Below, piece after piece: positions 31,691 to 41,559 of a stretch of DNA of 43,394 nucleotides. Location: the IMG/VR virus record IMGVR_UViG_3300015263_000944, positions 1 to 43,394 of that record; one strand, written 5' to 3'. This stretch comes from a virus. Below the pieces are notes generated by a model that saw nothing but the letters and a program-made list of their open reading frames with translations, searched no databases and had not been told where the DNA came from. A program made the translations under genes and the position numbers. Numbering within the stretch: position 1 is the first letter of the stretch; each line of letters begins with the position of its first letter.

Positions 31691-32037
31691 TGAGGCAACC
31701 TGTTGAGCACATCGATTAAGCGAACCTTATCGCCTACCATTTCGTTATGTGCCCCACCAGATCGCTCAATTCGAGGAGTATAGATATCGATCTGTCCGTC
31801 AATCGCAGTTTGACCAGCCATCATGGCCTCAAAGACACGATGATAACCGTCCATCATAAAGAAAGCTCCTCTGGGATTGTCTAAACGACTGACAATGATG
31901 GGCTTACCGGCAGAATGAGACAGAAGCCCATTGTGAAGGTCGTTGATTGCCTCCTCCACTTTGGGCTTCCATCCGAACAATCTACTGATCGGAATCGAGA
32001 TTGTCTGTTCTGTGATTAACCACTCTGAAAAACGCAC
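31687..32037 (-). CDS. small ParB/Sulfiredoxin-like domain protein (DGYHR motif), GTG start
   Basis: Track ORF; MMDGYHRVFEAMMAG resembles the ParB/Srx DGxHR core. Confidence 0.35.
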   Translation of the reverse strand: MRFSEWLITEQTISIPISRLFGWKPKVEEAINDLHNGLLSHSAGKPIIVSRLDNPRGAFFMMDGYHRVFEAMMAGQTAIDGQIDIYTPRIERSGGAHNEMVGDKVRLIDVLNRLPQ

Positions 32038-32038
32038 G

Positions 32039-32338
32039 TTAGTCCTTTTTGATTTTGAACTTGGGCATTCGGCCCTGTGCCTGCAAGAACTGGTTCAGTC
32101 GGAATCGTCTGTAAATGTAGCAGAAGATAACGCCGCCGATGATGCTCCACAGGAACCCTGCACTAGAAAACGGACCACCCATGTTCATCAACCACTGAAT
32201 CGCACCACCCACGAATGAGCCTGCGATACCAATGCCAACAGTGGGCAGAAAACCAACTGGATCTTCACCGGGATGCAACGCCTTTGCGATCAATCCCACG
32301 ATCAGTCCAAAGAAAACCCATCCAAGAATCCAAAACAT
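32039..32338 (-). CDS. GlsB/YeaQ/YmgE-family transglycosylase-associated membrane protein
   Basis: Track ORF, ATG; three glycine-rich TM segments. Confidence 0.55.
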   Translation of the reverse strand: MFWILGWVFFGLIVGLIAKALHPGEDPVGFLPTVGIGIAGSFVGGAIQWLMNMGGPFSSAGFLWSIIGGVIFCYIYRRFRLNQFLQAQGRMPKFKIKKD

Positions 32339-32359
32339 ATCAACCTCCGAGGTACAAAA

Positions 32360-33085
32360 TTACTTGGCTTCTGTATGTATGCGTGGCACGATCATAGTTC
32401 TAGGATGCACTTCTGCCGTCTTCAACAACATGACCAGTGTGTCAGGGCTGATCCCTGTGCCATCACAAAATTCGCATCGGCTGAGAGGCCCTAAATCAAA
32501 GTCCAACCATCTGCCAGTGCCGCCGCATCGTTCGCATTTTTGAACCACACTTCTCCCAGACATTGTGGTCTTGAAATCCCATGCCCCCTGAAAATGCTCA
32601 ACTTTCATCACCTCTCTGGAGCCCGATGCTGGGTCCGCAGTAATGATCGTATCGCTGGTGTAGCCTATGACGACAACGTAGTGCCATGTGGTGTCACCAC
32701 TTCTTAATAGGACGATGGGTGGCCGATCTTGGCTGACAAAATACTTCAACCGTTCAAGATCACCACGCAACATCTTGGCATCTATCCCAAAATGTTTGAG
32801 AGCAATAGGGAGGTACTCAGGAGAAGTCATCCCAATGGGCTCGCCGTGATATTCCAACCACTCAGTTTTTGTCTGCTTTTTCACCTCGTCCAGCGTGACC
32901 TCTTTCCCGTATCGCTTGAGCAACATGGTGACGCTCGTGGGTCCACAGGTGATGCCATCCGGTTGTTCGATGTATTGAAATCCGCCAACCTCATAAGACT
33001 CTGGGTGGGAATACTGCCAGTTGATTCCCCAGATAAAGGCCGCAACAGTAGTGATGATGAGTGTGACGAGCAAGATCTTTTTCAT
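32360..33085 (-). CDS. secreted papain-like cysteine peptidase, C39-like (peptidase_C39_2-type)
   Basis: Track ORF, ATG; N-terminal signal peptide; catalytic Cys in GITCGPTSV and His in WHYVVVIGY; C-terminal CxxC pairs. Confidence 0.5.
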   Translation of the reverse strand: MKKILLVTLIITTVAAFIWGINWQYSHPESYEVGGFQYIEQPDGITCGPTSVTMLLKRYGKEVTLDEVKKQTKTEWLEYHGEPIGMTSPEYLPIALKHFGIDAKMLRGDLERLKYFVSQDRPPIVLLRSGDTTWHYVVVIGYTSDTIITADPASGSREVMKVEHFQGAWDFKTTMSGRSVVQKCERCGGTGRWLDFDLGPLSRCEFCDGTGISPDTLVMLLKTAEVHPRTMIVPRIHTEAK

Positions 33086-33098
33086 ACAGTATCTATGA

Positions 33099-33129
33099 GA
33101 AAAGGCCCGGTTGTTTACCGGGCCTTTTC
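33099..33129. terminator. bidirectional intrinsic terminator gaaaaggcccgg-ttgttta-ccgggccttttc
   Basis: Perfect GC-rich stem flanked by A-run and T-run. Confidence 0.6.
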
Positions 33130-33154
33130 CTGTTGATCTTCAGTTGAAAGCGGA

Positions 33155-33508
33155 TCATTCCGCTGGGGTGTCGTCCCCGCCACTTTCATCCGTGGCTTCT
33201 TCCTCGTCGTCCTCTTCCTCGTTGCCTTGGTCGAGCGGCTTGCCGTTCGCCATGTTGTTCAACTGGTTGAGGAGCTTGCCGAGTTGCTTGTCGCACTTTT
33301 TCTTCTCGCCAGTGAACCGTCGCTCGGCAGCGTTCATCTGGTCTTGCAGTTCAAGACACTTGACGATGAGTTCTTTGGCTCGTTTCTTCCGGCCCTCGGC
33401 TTGTTCCTTGGAGACTTCTTCCAAAGCCTCCTTCAGAACATCGATGCTCTGCTTGTGTGGGCTGAGCAGTTTGTCGAGCCGGTCGGTGTTGCTGGTTTGG
33501 ACTCCCAT
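33155..33508 (-). CDS. hypothetical coiled-coil protein with acidic tail
   Basis: Track ORF, ATG. Confidence 0.45.
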   Translation of the reverse strand: MGVQTSNTDRLDKLLSPHKQSIDVLKEALEEVSKEQAEGRKKRAKELIVKCLELQDQMNAAERRFTGEKKKCDKQLGKLLNQLNNMANGKPLDQGNEEEDDEEEATDESGGDDTPAE

Positions 33509-33544
33509 TTCGGACTCCCTCCCTTTCTACGGTTGCGGGTTTGG

Positions 33545-34036
33545 TTAATCGAACACTGCGGAAAGCTGTTCGAGGACTTCTTCACTTTGGTCGTTGATGC
33601 GTTCGGCCTCATCGGCGGTGAGGTGTAGACCTTTCACCATCCGCTCCATGTCTTCGATGCCCTCCAAGATGATGTCGCATTGAACATCAACGGTATCGAC
33701 TTGACGTTTTGCCTCTTCCAGCAATGGCTCGATAGCGGAACGTCGGACGGAGTTATAACCACTGGGCCACGTTTCAGGCGTCAACCTGCCAACATCATAC
33801 CAGATGGCTTTGGAGCACAATTCTTGGACGATTGGCTTGCGGTTGTCAGGAAAGAGATAGCTGATCTCTCGTCGCAGGGAGACAACGAAGAGATCAACTC
33901 TTTCTGCCCGATTTGATTTCAGATGCTCTCGCTTGGAGATGCGGTTGACATGACGAATAGCCTTCCCGAGAGCCACAGCAAGCTGTTTCTTTTTGTCTTG
34001 CGGCAACTCTTCGATAGTGCTTGCGTTAAACATCAC
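33545..34036 (-). CDS. hypothetical protein
   Basis: Track ORF, ATG. Confidence 0.45.
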   Translation of the reverse strand: MMFNASTIEELPQDKKKQLAVALGKAIRHVNRISKREHLKSNRAERVDLFVVSLRREISYLFPDNRKPIVQELCSKAIWYDVGRLTPETWPSGYNSVRRSAIEPLLEEAKRQVDTVDVQCDIILEGIEDMERMVKGLHLTADEAERINDQSEEVLEQLSAVFD

Positions 34037-34052
34037 GCCTCTCCTTGAGACC

Positions 34053-35228
34053 TCAGTGATTTATGTGATCGGCAATGCCATTCAACATCATCCCGATCAT
34101 AGACCAGTCAACCTCGTCCGTCAAGAGAACGTCCCTTAATGTTTTCACCTCTACATAGGTTCGTTCTGTGTCCTCTATAACACCAAAAGTCTGTTGCTTC
34201 GCAGCAAGTTCCTCTGCTTGACGAATCTCCTCTTCTGTAAGCTCAACCGTGAAAAGCACAGCCTTGTGAGTCGAAAGCGTCGATGCTAATTGCCTTGCAC
34301 ACACCTGATTGAATCGACTGGCTGGTATTTCAAGTCCTGTCTCTTCTTTGAGTTCATCGGCGGCGATCTCCAACGCATTTTCTTTGTTCTTGAAAGAAGA
34401 ACCGCCCGGAAGCTCATGCACAAATCCTGTGCTGTTTCGAGCAGGAGAGCGAAACTCCTTGATCAGTACAATTTTTGTAGCCAAAAGATCGTTGGAGTCA
34501 AGATCCAGCCAGTAAGGCAAGATGGTGGAGATGTCCGAGCGGGTGAAGATGTACTCATTTTCCTTGTACCGCTGTTCGGAATCAATCCAGACTTTCACCC
34601 ACAAAATGTAGGAGAACAGGAAGTTGATCTTGGGGATCACAAACTTCCACAACACCTTGGCCTCATCAAGCCGATTGCCTGCGGCTTCTTGTTCCTTAAG
34701 CCATGCTTGGAACATCGGCGTATTGTAGATGTCTAGCGGCACATAGCGAGAGCCACCTTCACGATCTGCGCCCTTTAGTTCCGCAACTTGGCTTGCTAGT
34801 TGTTGTATGGAGTTGCACGGCTCACGGCCAGTACAATCTTTGTAAAGCCAGTCGAGATAGCGGGTCTTGGGTGCATCGTCTGGCCGACCATAGAAGAGCT
34901 TCCCATCGTTCACATATCGACCGAATTCAACATTCGTAGTGAAAGCAGGCATCGAGTCCAGATTTCGTGGCACCCACGCCACGATTCGGTCGGAAATTTC
35001 AAGACCCAGCTTCTCCCATTCAGTTTGAGAGTTATAGTCCTTCGACCATTCCCCGTCCCGAGCTTCGGGCACAAAGACATGACCATCGAAACCAGCTTCA
35101 GCTAGGGCCTCGATCATCTGGGGACGCCACGAAGCAACTGGGTTGTCTCGGCGTGGCGTAGGACCAACAAGAAAGACGGACTTGTTGATCGTATTGGGAA
35201 TCGCTTCCCTTGCGTAAATGATGTGCAT
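34053..35228 (-). CDS. fusion protein: N-terminal nucleoside 2-deoxyribosyltransferase-like Rossmann domain + C-terminal Nudix-like domain
   Basis: Track ORF, ATG with SD AAGGAGG. N-term VFLVGPT...HVFVPEARDGEW; C-term variant Nudix box E-x7-DELKEETGL. Confidence 0.5.
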   Translation of the reverse strand: MHIIYAREAIPNTINKSVFLVGPTPRRDNPVASWRPQMIEALAEAGFDGHVFVPEARDGEWSKDYNSQTEWEKLGLEISDRIVAWVPRNLDSMPAFTTNVEFGRYVNDGKLFYGRPDDAPKTRYLDWLYKDCTGREPCNSIQQLASQVAELKGADREGGSRYVPLDIYNTPMFQAWLKEQEAAGNRLDEAKVLWKFVIPKINFLFSYILWVKVWIDSEQRYKENEYIFTRSDISTILPYWLDLDSNDLLATKIVLIKEFRSPARNSTGFVHELPGGSSFKNKENALEIAADELKEETGLEIPASRFNQVCARQLASTLSTHKAVLFTVELTEEEIRQAEELAAKQQTFGVIEDTERTYVEVKTLRDVLLTDEVDWSMIGMMLNGIADHINH

Positions 35229-35304
35229 TTGAACCTCCTTGTTCAGACGGAATTAAAGGAGATTCAACAAATCAACGCAAGAGCATCTTTGACAAAACTT
35301 CAGA

Positions 35305-35907
35305 TTATCTCTGAAGTTGCGCCGTCAGCCCTGAGCGAGTGTACTTCATCATCGTGAAGACATCACTCCCGAAAGCCTCACTGATTTCCTCGCCACGGGT
35401 AAACATAGCATCCATCAAATCGCTGGCCTTCTTCCAGTATTTGACGGCGTACTCAGGATCACTCGACAACCAATCGCAGACGTTGCAGAAACGGTCGGCG
35501 CACTTGATGACCAGAGCATCCACGCTCTTCTGCATGAATGATCGCATGTAATCCCGCTTCTGAATGTGGTCGGGTCGCTCATCACGAGGGTCAGGAATGA
35601 ACGTCAACTCGCTCACGATTGAAGCGGCATCTTCGCCGATCACAGCGATGAGTTCCTCATCTGTGACACCACAATCCTCTTTGGTGTCATGGCAGATGGT
35701 GGCCTTCCATACCTTCAGATTCCGCAATTCCCACTCCGTACCAATGACTGTGAGAACAGACATGGGATGGACAATGAAAGGCAGGCCGCTTCCCTTGCGG
35801 AACTGTCCTCGATGTCGATCTGTGGCGAAATCAATGGCTGCGAGAATCTCGGATTGAGCGTCTTCTGTAAAGACATCCGGTTCAGGCGGCGGGATCACTT
35901 TGGTCAT
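35305..35907 (-). CDS. HD-domain small alarmone hydrolase (SpoT/Mesh1-like (p)ppGpp hydrolase family)
   Basis: Track ORF, ATG with SD GGAGGAGG. Motifs HRGQFRKGSGLPFIVHP and ICHDTKED. Confidence 0.6.
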   Translation of the reverse strand: MTKVIPPPEPDVFTEDAQSEILAAIDFATDRHRGQFRKGSGLPFIVHPMSVLTVIGTEWELRNLKVWKATICHDTKEDCGVTDEELIAVIGEDAASIVSELTFIPDPRDERPDHIQKRDYMRSFMQKSVDALVIKCADRFCNVCDWLSSDPEYAVKYWKKASDLMDAMFTRGEEISEAFGSDVFTMMKYTRSGLTAQLQR

Positions 35908-36013
35908 ATTTTACCTCCTCCGTGCAGGTAATTGGCTTCCAATATCATCCGTAAGGCCCGCTACAGTTTAGACCAAACGGGAGGAATGTCAATCCTGCAC
36001 CATAAATAACGTG

Positions 36014-36745
36014 ATGACAAACTTCGTAATAATTGCAGAACTCCGTTCGGGATACCAACTTCTCGCCACACTGCTGAATTCAAATCCAGAGGTGTTGTGC
36101 TTGGGAGAGATTTATGGCCGCAAGAGATCTGTAAGAATACAGAGCCTTTTCGGCAATGAAGTTCCAGTTCTCGAAGATAGCGACTCGTCTGTGAATTACT
36201 TCAAGACGGTCCTTGCTCCATTGGCAGAGCGAACGAACCGGAAAGCTTTCGGTTTCAAACTCAATTATGTGGACTGCATGGAAAACGACAACTGGCGAGA
36301 GTTGTGGGATTTCATTGCGTCAGAAAGATGGCACGTCATTCATCTCCGACGACTCAATGTGCTGGATCGAGCCATCTCAGAGAAACTCGCCATTGAACAA
36401 TGGCGATGGAACAACGAGCAATATGACACACAGATCAGGATCACGTTTGATGAACTAGAGTTCTACTACCAACGTGCCCTTCGATGGCAAAAGTGGGCCA
36501 ACGATCACTTCAAAAACTCACCCATCTGCCATGTGACCTATGAAGAACTCACAAGGCAAAGATACCAAACCTGTCAGAAAGTGCAAGAGTTCTTGGGGGT
36601 TCAACCAAGAGAATTGACCTCGTTCATGCAAAAGCAGCGTGTGGGCGGGCAAGCTACATTCGTCAAAAACTACCGCCGACTCTACAGTCAATGTGTGAGC
36701 CACCCCATCTACAAGCACTGGCTAACCGACATCCCAGTCATCTAG
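36014..36745 (+). CDS. sulfotransferase (Stf0-like PAPS-binding loop RSGYQLLATLL)
   Basis: Track ORF 36011 (GTG)/36014 (ATG); weak SD. Confidence 0.5.
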   Translation: MTNFVIIAELRSGYQLLATLLNSNPEVLCLGEIYGRKRSVRIQSLFGNEVPVLEDSDSSVNYFKTVLAPLAERTNRKAFGFKLNYVDCMENDNWRELWDFIASERWHVIHLRRLNVLDRAISEKLAIEQWRWNNEQYDTQIRITFDELEFYYQRALRWQKWANDHFKNSPICHVTYEELTRQRYQTCQKVQEFLGVQPRELTSFMQKQRVGGQATFVKNYRRLYSQCVSHPIYKHWLTDIPVI

Positions 36746-37856
36746 GGAACGAAATCTGGACCAGTTCTTGGATTTCGGATGCGGCCTTCTTGTCCACCAA
36801 TGGGGCGACATCAAATGGCTTGATGTACTGCAAATCCATCTTGAGTTCTTTGGCTCGCTCTTGAGCTTTCAGTGAGTTCTCCTTGAAGATGCCGACGTTG
36901 TTTTGGTTGAGGATCAAGTCCCCCAACTGAACCACCCCTGCTTGATCGTAGGTGGGAAGCATCCAGATTGAGTCCACCCCGATGTCGGCTGCCATCTCAA
37001 CCATTGCTGTCATCTCATGTACATTCAGCATATTGATGTTGTTGTAGATGGTGGTTCGATGATGCCACCCCTTCCCAATCTCATCTCGTATCTTGATCCA
37101 TCGCCTGAGATTCGCAACTACCTTATCCAACGCATCCAAGCGGCGAATCTTTTTGTGCGTAGCTGGCGTGGCGGCATCTAAGGACCACGAAATTTCCGAC
37201 CAATCTACATTGTCAAAGAATCTCCGACACACCTTCTCTGTGAGACAAATGCCGTTGGTGTTGGTGGTGAATCGAATGTGATGTTTCTCAAAATCAAACC
37301 GCACCTTCTCGAAGATACGGAACACAGCATTTTGCCAGAATGGTTCTGCAATCCCAAGAACAGAAAACTGGGTCAGATAAGGCATGAGTGGCCGGGCCTT
37401 CTCGCACAGCATATCGGTCAAATCCTCCTGTTGTGGCTTCACAAAATTGCGGATACACATGATGCACGCAGGGTTTTCCTCACTGGGCTCATACCCTCCA
37501 ATGTTGCAGTGCCGATCTGGAAGACAAATCTCAAGCCATGTGGGGTAAAATGAATTCGCATATGTGGGGGCCGGTCCAGACTTCTTTGGTTTCACCTTGT
37601 AAGGACAAGCTGTACCTTGACCACATACAGGATGCAATTGCCCCGCCTCTGTTTGTTTGCGAATTTCATTCGCTAATGGACCTCTCCAAAGATCAAGAAC
37701 TTCTGTGGTAGCATCCAGCCTTCCGAGTTGAACCATCTGGTAACAACACATCGATACATCGCCCCAACTATTGAGAATCACTTTGTTGTGAGGGTTGGAG
37801 CAGAATGTATTGGTTTTGGTTCCAAATCGTCCTATATCTTGAGCCAGTTTCAGCAT
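36738..37856 (-). CDS. non-canonical radical-SAM-like enzyme, paralog A (FC-x17-CC N-terminal motif; HCNIGG-x13-ACIMC; GIAEPFW; TTNTNG)
   Basis: Track ORF 36738..37970; I choose ATG 37856 because it gives the same spacing to the FC motif as the paralogs and removes the 110-nt overlap (37907 or 37934 also possible). Confidence 0.45.
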   Translation of the reverse strand: MLKLAQDIGRFGTKTNTFCSNPHNKVILNSWGDVSMCCYQMVQLGRLDATTEVLDLWRGPLANEIRKQTEAGQLHPVCGQGTACPYKVKPKKSGPAPTYANSFYPTWLEICLPDRHCNIGGYEPSEENPACIMCIRNFVKPQQEDLTDMLCEKARPLMPYLTQFSVLGIAEPFWQNAVFRIFEKVRFDFEKHHIRFTTNTNGICLTEKVCRRFFDNVDWSEISWSLDAATPATHKKIRRLDALDKVVANLRRWIKIRDEIGKGWHHRTTIYNNINMLNVHEMTAMVEMAADIGVDSIWMLPTYDQAGVVQLGDLILNQNNVGIFKENSLKAQERAKELKMDLQYIKPFDVAPLVDKKAASEIQELVQISFPR

Positions 37857-37860
37857 ATCA

Positions 37861-39459
37861 TCAAATGAACATGGGGCGTTGACCAGTAATCGAGACAAGC
37901 TCGACATCTTTACCAGCCATATCCTTCTGGGCATCCTCCAGAGTGTTACAAATCGGTCTCTTCTTGCCATTCAGTGAAGTGTTAATCAAACATTCCACAC
38001 CACTTTCTTCACCATAAGCTACCAACAACTGATGCAGCCATGGATCGTCTTGCTTGTTTACTACTTGGGGACGAGCAGTCCCATCTTTATGAACAATGGC
38101 AGGCAGCAACTCTTTTGCCTCTTCCGTACAATGCACTCGATATTGCATGTATTTTCCACGGGGGCCAATGAAGAAGCGGTCAAATTGCTCTGCTGTCACA
38201 ATCGGAGCAAGAGGTCGGTAGAACTCTCTCTTTTTAATCTGTTGCGAAACTCTTCTGAGGTTTTTTCTATTCTTCGCAGAAGCAAGGATCGAACGAAAGC
38301 CTAGTGCCCGTGGACCAGCTTCGGCTTTGCCACGCAACAGACCGATTACCTGACCGTTCGATAGTCGTGATGCGATTTGTTCCGGCTGCTGTGGGCCGAG
38401 ACGAGGCAGAGGCGTTTGCAAGGTGTGCAAAGAAGGTGACGAGAGTTTGGGCCACCAACCATTGAGGTGATAGAAAGCCCATGCTGCGGCACCCAGAGCA
38501 AGTCCGCTATCATCTGTTGGGGGACCGAACACCACGTCTTTCACCATGCCGTGAATGCGTGTGTTGAGTTCGAGGGCCAGTGTTGTGCCACCACCAATCA
38601 CCACACCTCGACCCATTCCAAATTTTGTAATGTTGTCTTCAATCCCCGGCCAGATGATATCGTTGGTGTACCACTTGTAAAAGTGGGCAACGTAATCCAT
38701 GTTCTCTCGGGTAAGTTGCCACGAGTAATTAGGAATTGTTGGATATTGAGTGGTGTGCGTGTATGGGTCCATGCTGAACTCCACCGTCTTTCGCACAAAC
38801 TCCCAGCCATTCCATTTTCGACAGTTGGTGACATATCCAGCCAGCCCCATAGCCTTTCCAGCACTGTTGTATCCCAACAGACTCGTGAGGGGGATGCTGG
38901 TCGGGATGACAGGTGCTCGCTCAAATCTCCGTACTCCTGATGGTCCAATCTCACCCACCAACGAAGAATGAGGAACACCATGAGCGTCTAATCCGACGCC
39001 ATCGTATGCCATAAAGAACCGTTCTTGGTCATCTGGCCGAAAACACCAAGCAGAAACTATGTGAGCGAGATGATGGTTGATCACCATGTCTGGGTTGCGA
39101 CCCAGCGTCCAATAGATGAAGTTTTCTCGTTCCTTTGGTGCGTAGGAGCGGATCAGGAAAGGATCGTATTTTGTTGATTCTGTGCTGATGTTACCGATAC
39201 TATGCCACAGTTCCTCTTTGGTGGCGTGCTCTCCACCAATTGCCACCAAAACACAGAAATCATCATCCCGCAGCGGCCCGAGATCGGGAAAGTATTCTGC
39301 CAGACAGCTTAATGCAGGCTTCTCGGCATTGTAATCATATCCGCCGTGGTTCTTTTTCCTTTTGTAGCGTTCGCATTGAGCGTAGAACTCAACCTCGCCG
39401 TCCTCATTGATAATAACGACTGCCGAATCATGTCCAAAATGTACGCCGATGAATCTCAT
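37861..39459 (-). CDS. carbamoyltransferase (NodU/CmcH family)
   Basis: Track ORF, ATG. N-terminal MRFIGVHFGHDSAVVIINEDGEV and HHLAHIVSAW hallmark motifs. Confidence 0.65.
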   Translation of the reverse strand: MRFIGVHFGHDSAVVIINEDGEVEFYAQCERYKRKKNHGGYDYNAEKPALSCLAEYFPDLGPLRDDDFCVLVAIGGEHATKEELWHSIGNISTESTKYDPFLIRSYAPKERENFIYWTLGRNPDMVINHHLAHIVSAWCFRPDDQERFFMAYDGVGLDAHGVPHSSLVGEIGPSGVRRFERAPVIPTSIPLTSLLGYNSAGKAMGLAGYVTNCRKWNGWEFVRKTVEFSMDPYTHTTQYPTIPNYSWQLTRENMDYVAHFYKWYTNDIIWPGIEDNITKFGMGRGVVIGGGTTLALELNTRIHGMVKDVVFGPPTDDSGLALGAAAWAFYHLNGWWPKLSSPSLHTLQTPLPRLGPQQPEQIASRLSNGQVIGLLRGKAEAGPRALGFRSILASAKNRKNLRRVSQQIKKREFYRPLAPIVTAEQFDRFFIGPRGKYMQYRVHCTEEAKELLPAIVHKDGTARPQVVNKQDDPWLHQLLVAYGEESGVECLINTSLNGKKRPICNTLEDAQKDMAGKDVELVSITGQRPMFI

Positions 39460-39482
39460 GTCGTTATCATAGTATATACCGT

Positions 39483-40508
39483 ATGATCAATTCGTGGAGA
39501 ATCGAACGAACCGCCTTTTGCAACTATCCTTTTCAGAGGGTCAAAATAGACTCCGAGGGATACTGCAACTTCTGCTGTTCTCACGCTCGTCGCTGTCTGG
39601 GGAACGTCTTAGAGAAAGATCTCTGGGACATTTGGAACTGTCCAAAAGCCAAGAAAATTAGGGAAGACACGTTGCGAGGCGTAATGCACCCGACATGTGC
39701 CCAAGAATCATGTCCTCTCTTCCATATTAGAGACAATCTACCTTCTAAGACGTTTACCCAAAAAGAGTTGCCATCTCAATTTGAGATTGATCTACCAAAT
39801 ACCCACTGCAACATCGGCGGCACGAAGCCTACCGCAGACACAGCTTGCATCATGTGCGAGAGGGCTGCCCCCAATTTCGTCCCACAAATTGATCGGCTGC
39901 CAGAAGTTTGTGAGGCCCTGAAACCTTATGTGAAATACATCGACACGATCCATGTGCAAGGAGTGGCCGAACCATTCTGGCAAGGCCGCATCTTCGATTG
40001 TCTGGAGGCTCTGGGCGTCGATAAATACAAAGATCAAATCGTGGTCAGCACAACCACGAATGGCACCGTGATCGATGCAAAGAAGATGGAAAAATGGTTG
40101 GCATATCCGAAAAGTTGCGCCACCTTCTCGTTGGATGCCGCAACACCAGAGACGTACCAAAAGATCCGTCGCCTCAACGCCTATCACGCTGTGATCAAAA
40201 CCATGCTGAGGCTTAACCAACAGCGAACCGGACAACAGAAGATGTACATCCACAACAACATCAATCTGTTGAACATCGCCGAGGTCTCACAGATGGTTGA
40301 AACGGCAGCAATGGTGGGCGCAGATTCTATCAGCTTTCAGCCAACATCATGTTTGCCGGGATTAGAGGTGTCGGCTTCCAACCTCAAACAATTCAATGAA
40401 GCCGAAACACAAATTTTGGAATCAGCAGATAGGCTAGGTGTGACTGTGGAGTTTTGGAGAAAGTTGACGCTGGACATTGAGCCCACCCTTGTTCAACTTA
40501 AAGTGTGA
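39483..40508 (+). CDS. non-canonical radical-SAM-like enzyme, paralog B
   Basis: Track ORF, ATG. FCNYPFQRVKIDSEGYCNFCC; HCNIGGTKPTADTACIMCER; GVAEPFW; TTTNGT; C-terminal IHNNINLLNIAEV. Confidence 0.5.
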   Translation: MINSWRIERTAFCNYPFQRVKIDSEGYCNFCCSHARRCLGNVLEKDLWDIWNCPKAKKIREDTLRGVMHPTCAQESCPLFHIRDNLPSKTFTQKELPSQFEIDLPNTHCNIGGTKPTADTACIMCERAAPNFVPQIDRLPEVCEALKPYVKYIDTIHVQGVAEPFWQGRIFDCLEALGVDKYKDQIVVSTTTNGTVIDAKKMEKWLAYPKSCATFSLDAATPETYQKIRRLNAYHAVIKTMLRLNQQRTGQQKMYIHNNINLLNIAEVSQMVETAAMVGADSISFQPTSCLPGLEVSASNLKQFNEAETQILESADRLGVTVEFWRKLTLDIEPTLVQLKV

Positions 40509-41559
40509 GTTGAACAAGGTGCTCTGTCATGCCCAGATCGAGCGGGCGGATGAAGTTGTAAGGCACATTCAATCGCTTGCATTCTGCAATAATATCTTGT
40601 TGGGCCTTTTTGAAGAGCCCACAGTTGTCCTCATTGACCAAGATCTTGTAATTGAACCCATCTGTAGGATTGAACTCGACATATTCCACATTGGCCTTGG
40701 CTGCGATCTGCACCATACCTACAACTTCTTGAACATTCATGATGTTGATGTTGTTGTGGATTCGTAAGAACTGGCGACTTCTTACACGCTCTTTCGAGAA
40801 AGCGTAAAGAGTTTCGATCACTTTGTCGAAACAGTCGAAGATGCGGATTCTCTTGAAGGTTTCCGGCGTGGCGGCATCGATTGAGAAGTTTGTGATGCTA
40901 TGAGGGGCACGTCGCAAATACTCCTCACGCACTCGCTTCTTTAAGAGTGTGCCATTCGTTGTGACACTAAGTGTGATTTGATCGGCATACTCATCGAAAC
41001 CTAAAACGTCCATCACATCAAACAACAGAAAACCATCTTCCCGTGTTTGCAGGAACGGCTCAGCAATACCTTGGATGTGAATCTGTTTGAGATTGGGAAC
41101 AATATGCTTGATTCGTCCCAACACTTCAAACAGATGATCTTTCTCTGGCCTGAAGAATGGAGCGGATCGCTCGCACATAATGCAAGCTGGCGACTTCTCT
41201 GGATCAGGGTTCTTTCCGCCCACATTGCAGTGAGTGTTGGGGAGGTCGATTTCTAAGAAGTTGGGATACTCGTTGTAGACAATCCGCTTCTTGGGATAGG
41301 GTTTCTCCATCGACTTGTAAGGACAGCCCGGAGTACAACATTTGGAATGGAGTTGCCCATTGCGAGTCGATTCTCGGATCGCCTCGGCCACTTCTCCAAA
41401 CCACACCTCATCGAATGTGTTCTCCAGCACATTGCCCACATAGGCTTCCGCCTCGGGCTTCAGAGGGTCGGGCCGCATGAAGCAACACATGGCAAGGTTG
41501 CCCTCGCATGTGATTCTGGCCCGGTTGAACGGCATGTCACAAAAAGCTTCTATCCACAT
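40498..41559 (-). CDS. non-canonical radical-SAM-like enzyme, paralog C
   Basis: Track ORF, ATG. HCNVGGKNPDPEKSPACIMCER; GIAEPFL; TTNGT. Confidence 0.5.
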   Translation of the reverse strand: MWIEAFCDMPFNRARITCEGNLAMCCFMRPDPLKPEAEAYVGNVLENTFDEVWFGEVAEAIRESTRNGQLHSKCCTPGCPYKSMEKPYPKKRIVYNEYPNFLEIDLPNTHCNVGGKNPDPEKSPACIMCERSAPFFRPEKDHLFEVLGRIKHIVPNLKQIHIQGIAEPFLQTREDGFLLFDVMDVLGFDEYADQITLSVTTNGTLLKKRVREEYLRRAPHSITNFSIDAATPETFKRIRIFDCFDKVIETLYAFSKERVRSRQFLRIHNNINIMNVQEVVGMVQIAAKANVEYVEFNPTDGFNYKILVNEDNCGLFKKAQQDIIAECKRLNVPYNFIRPLDLGMTEHLVQLTL

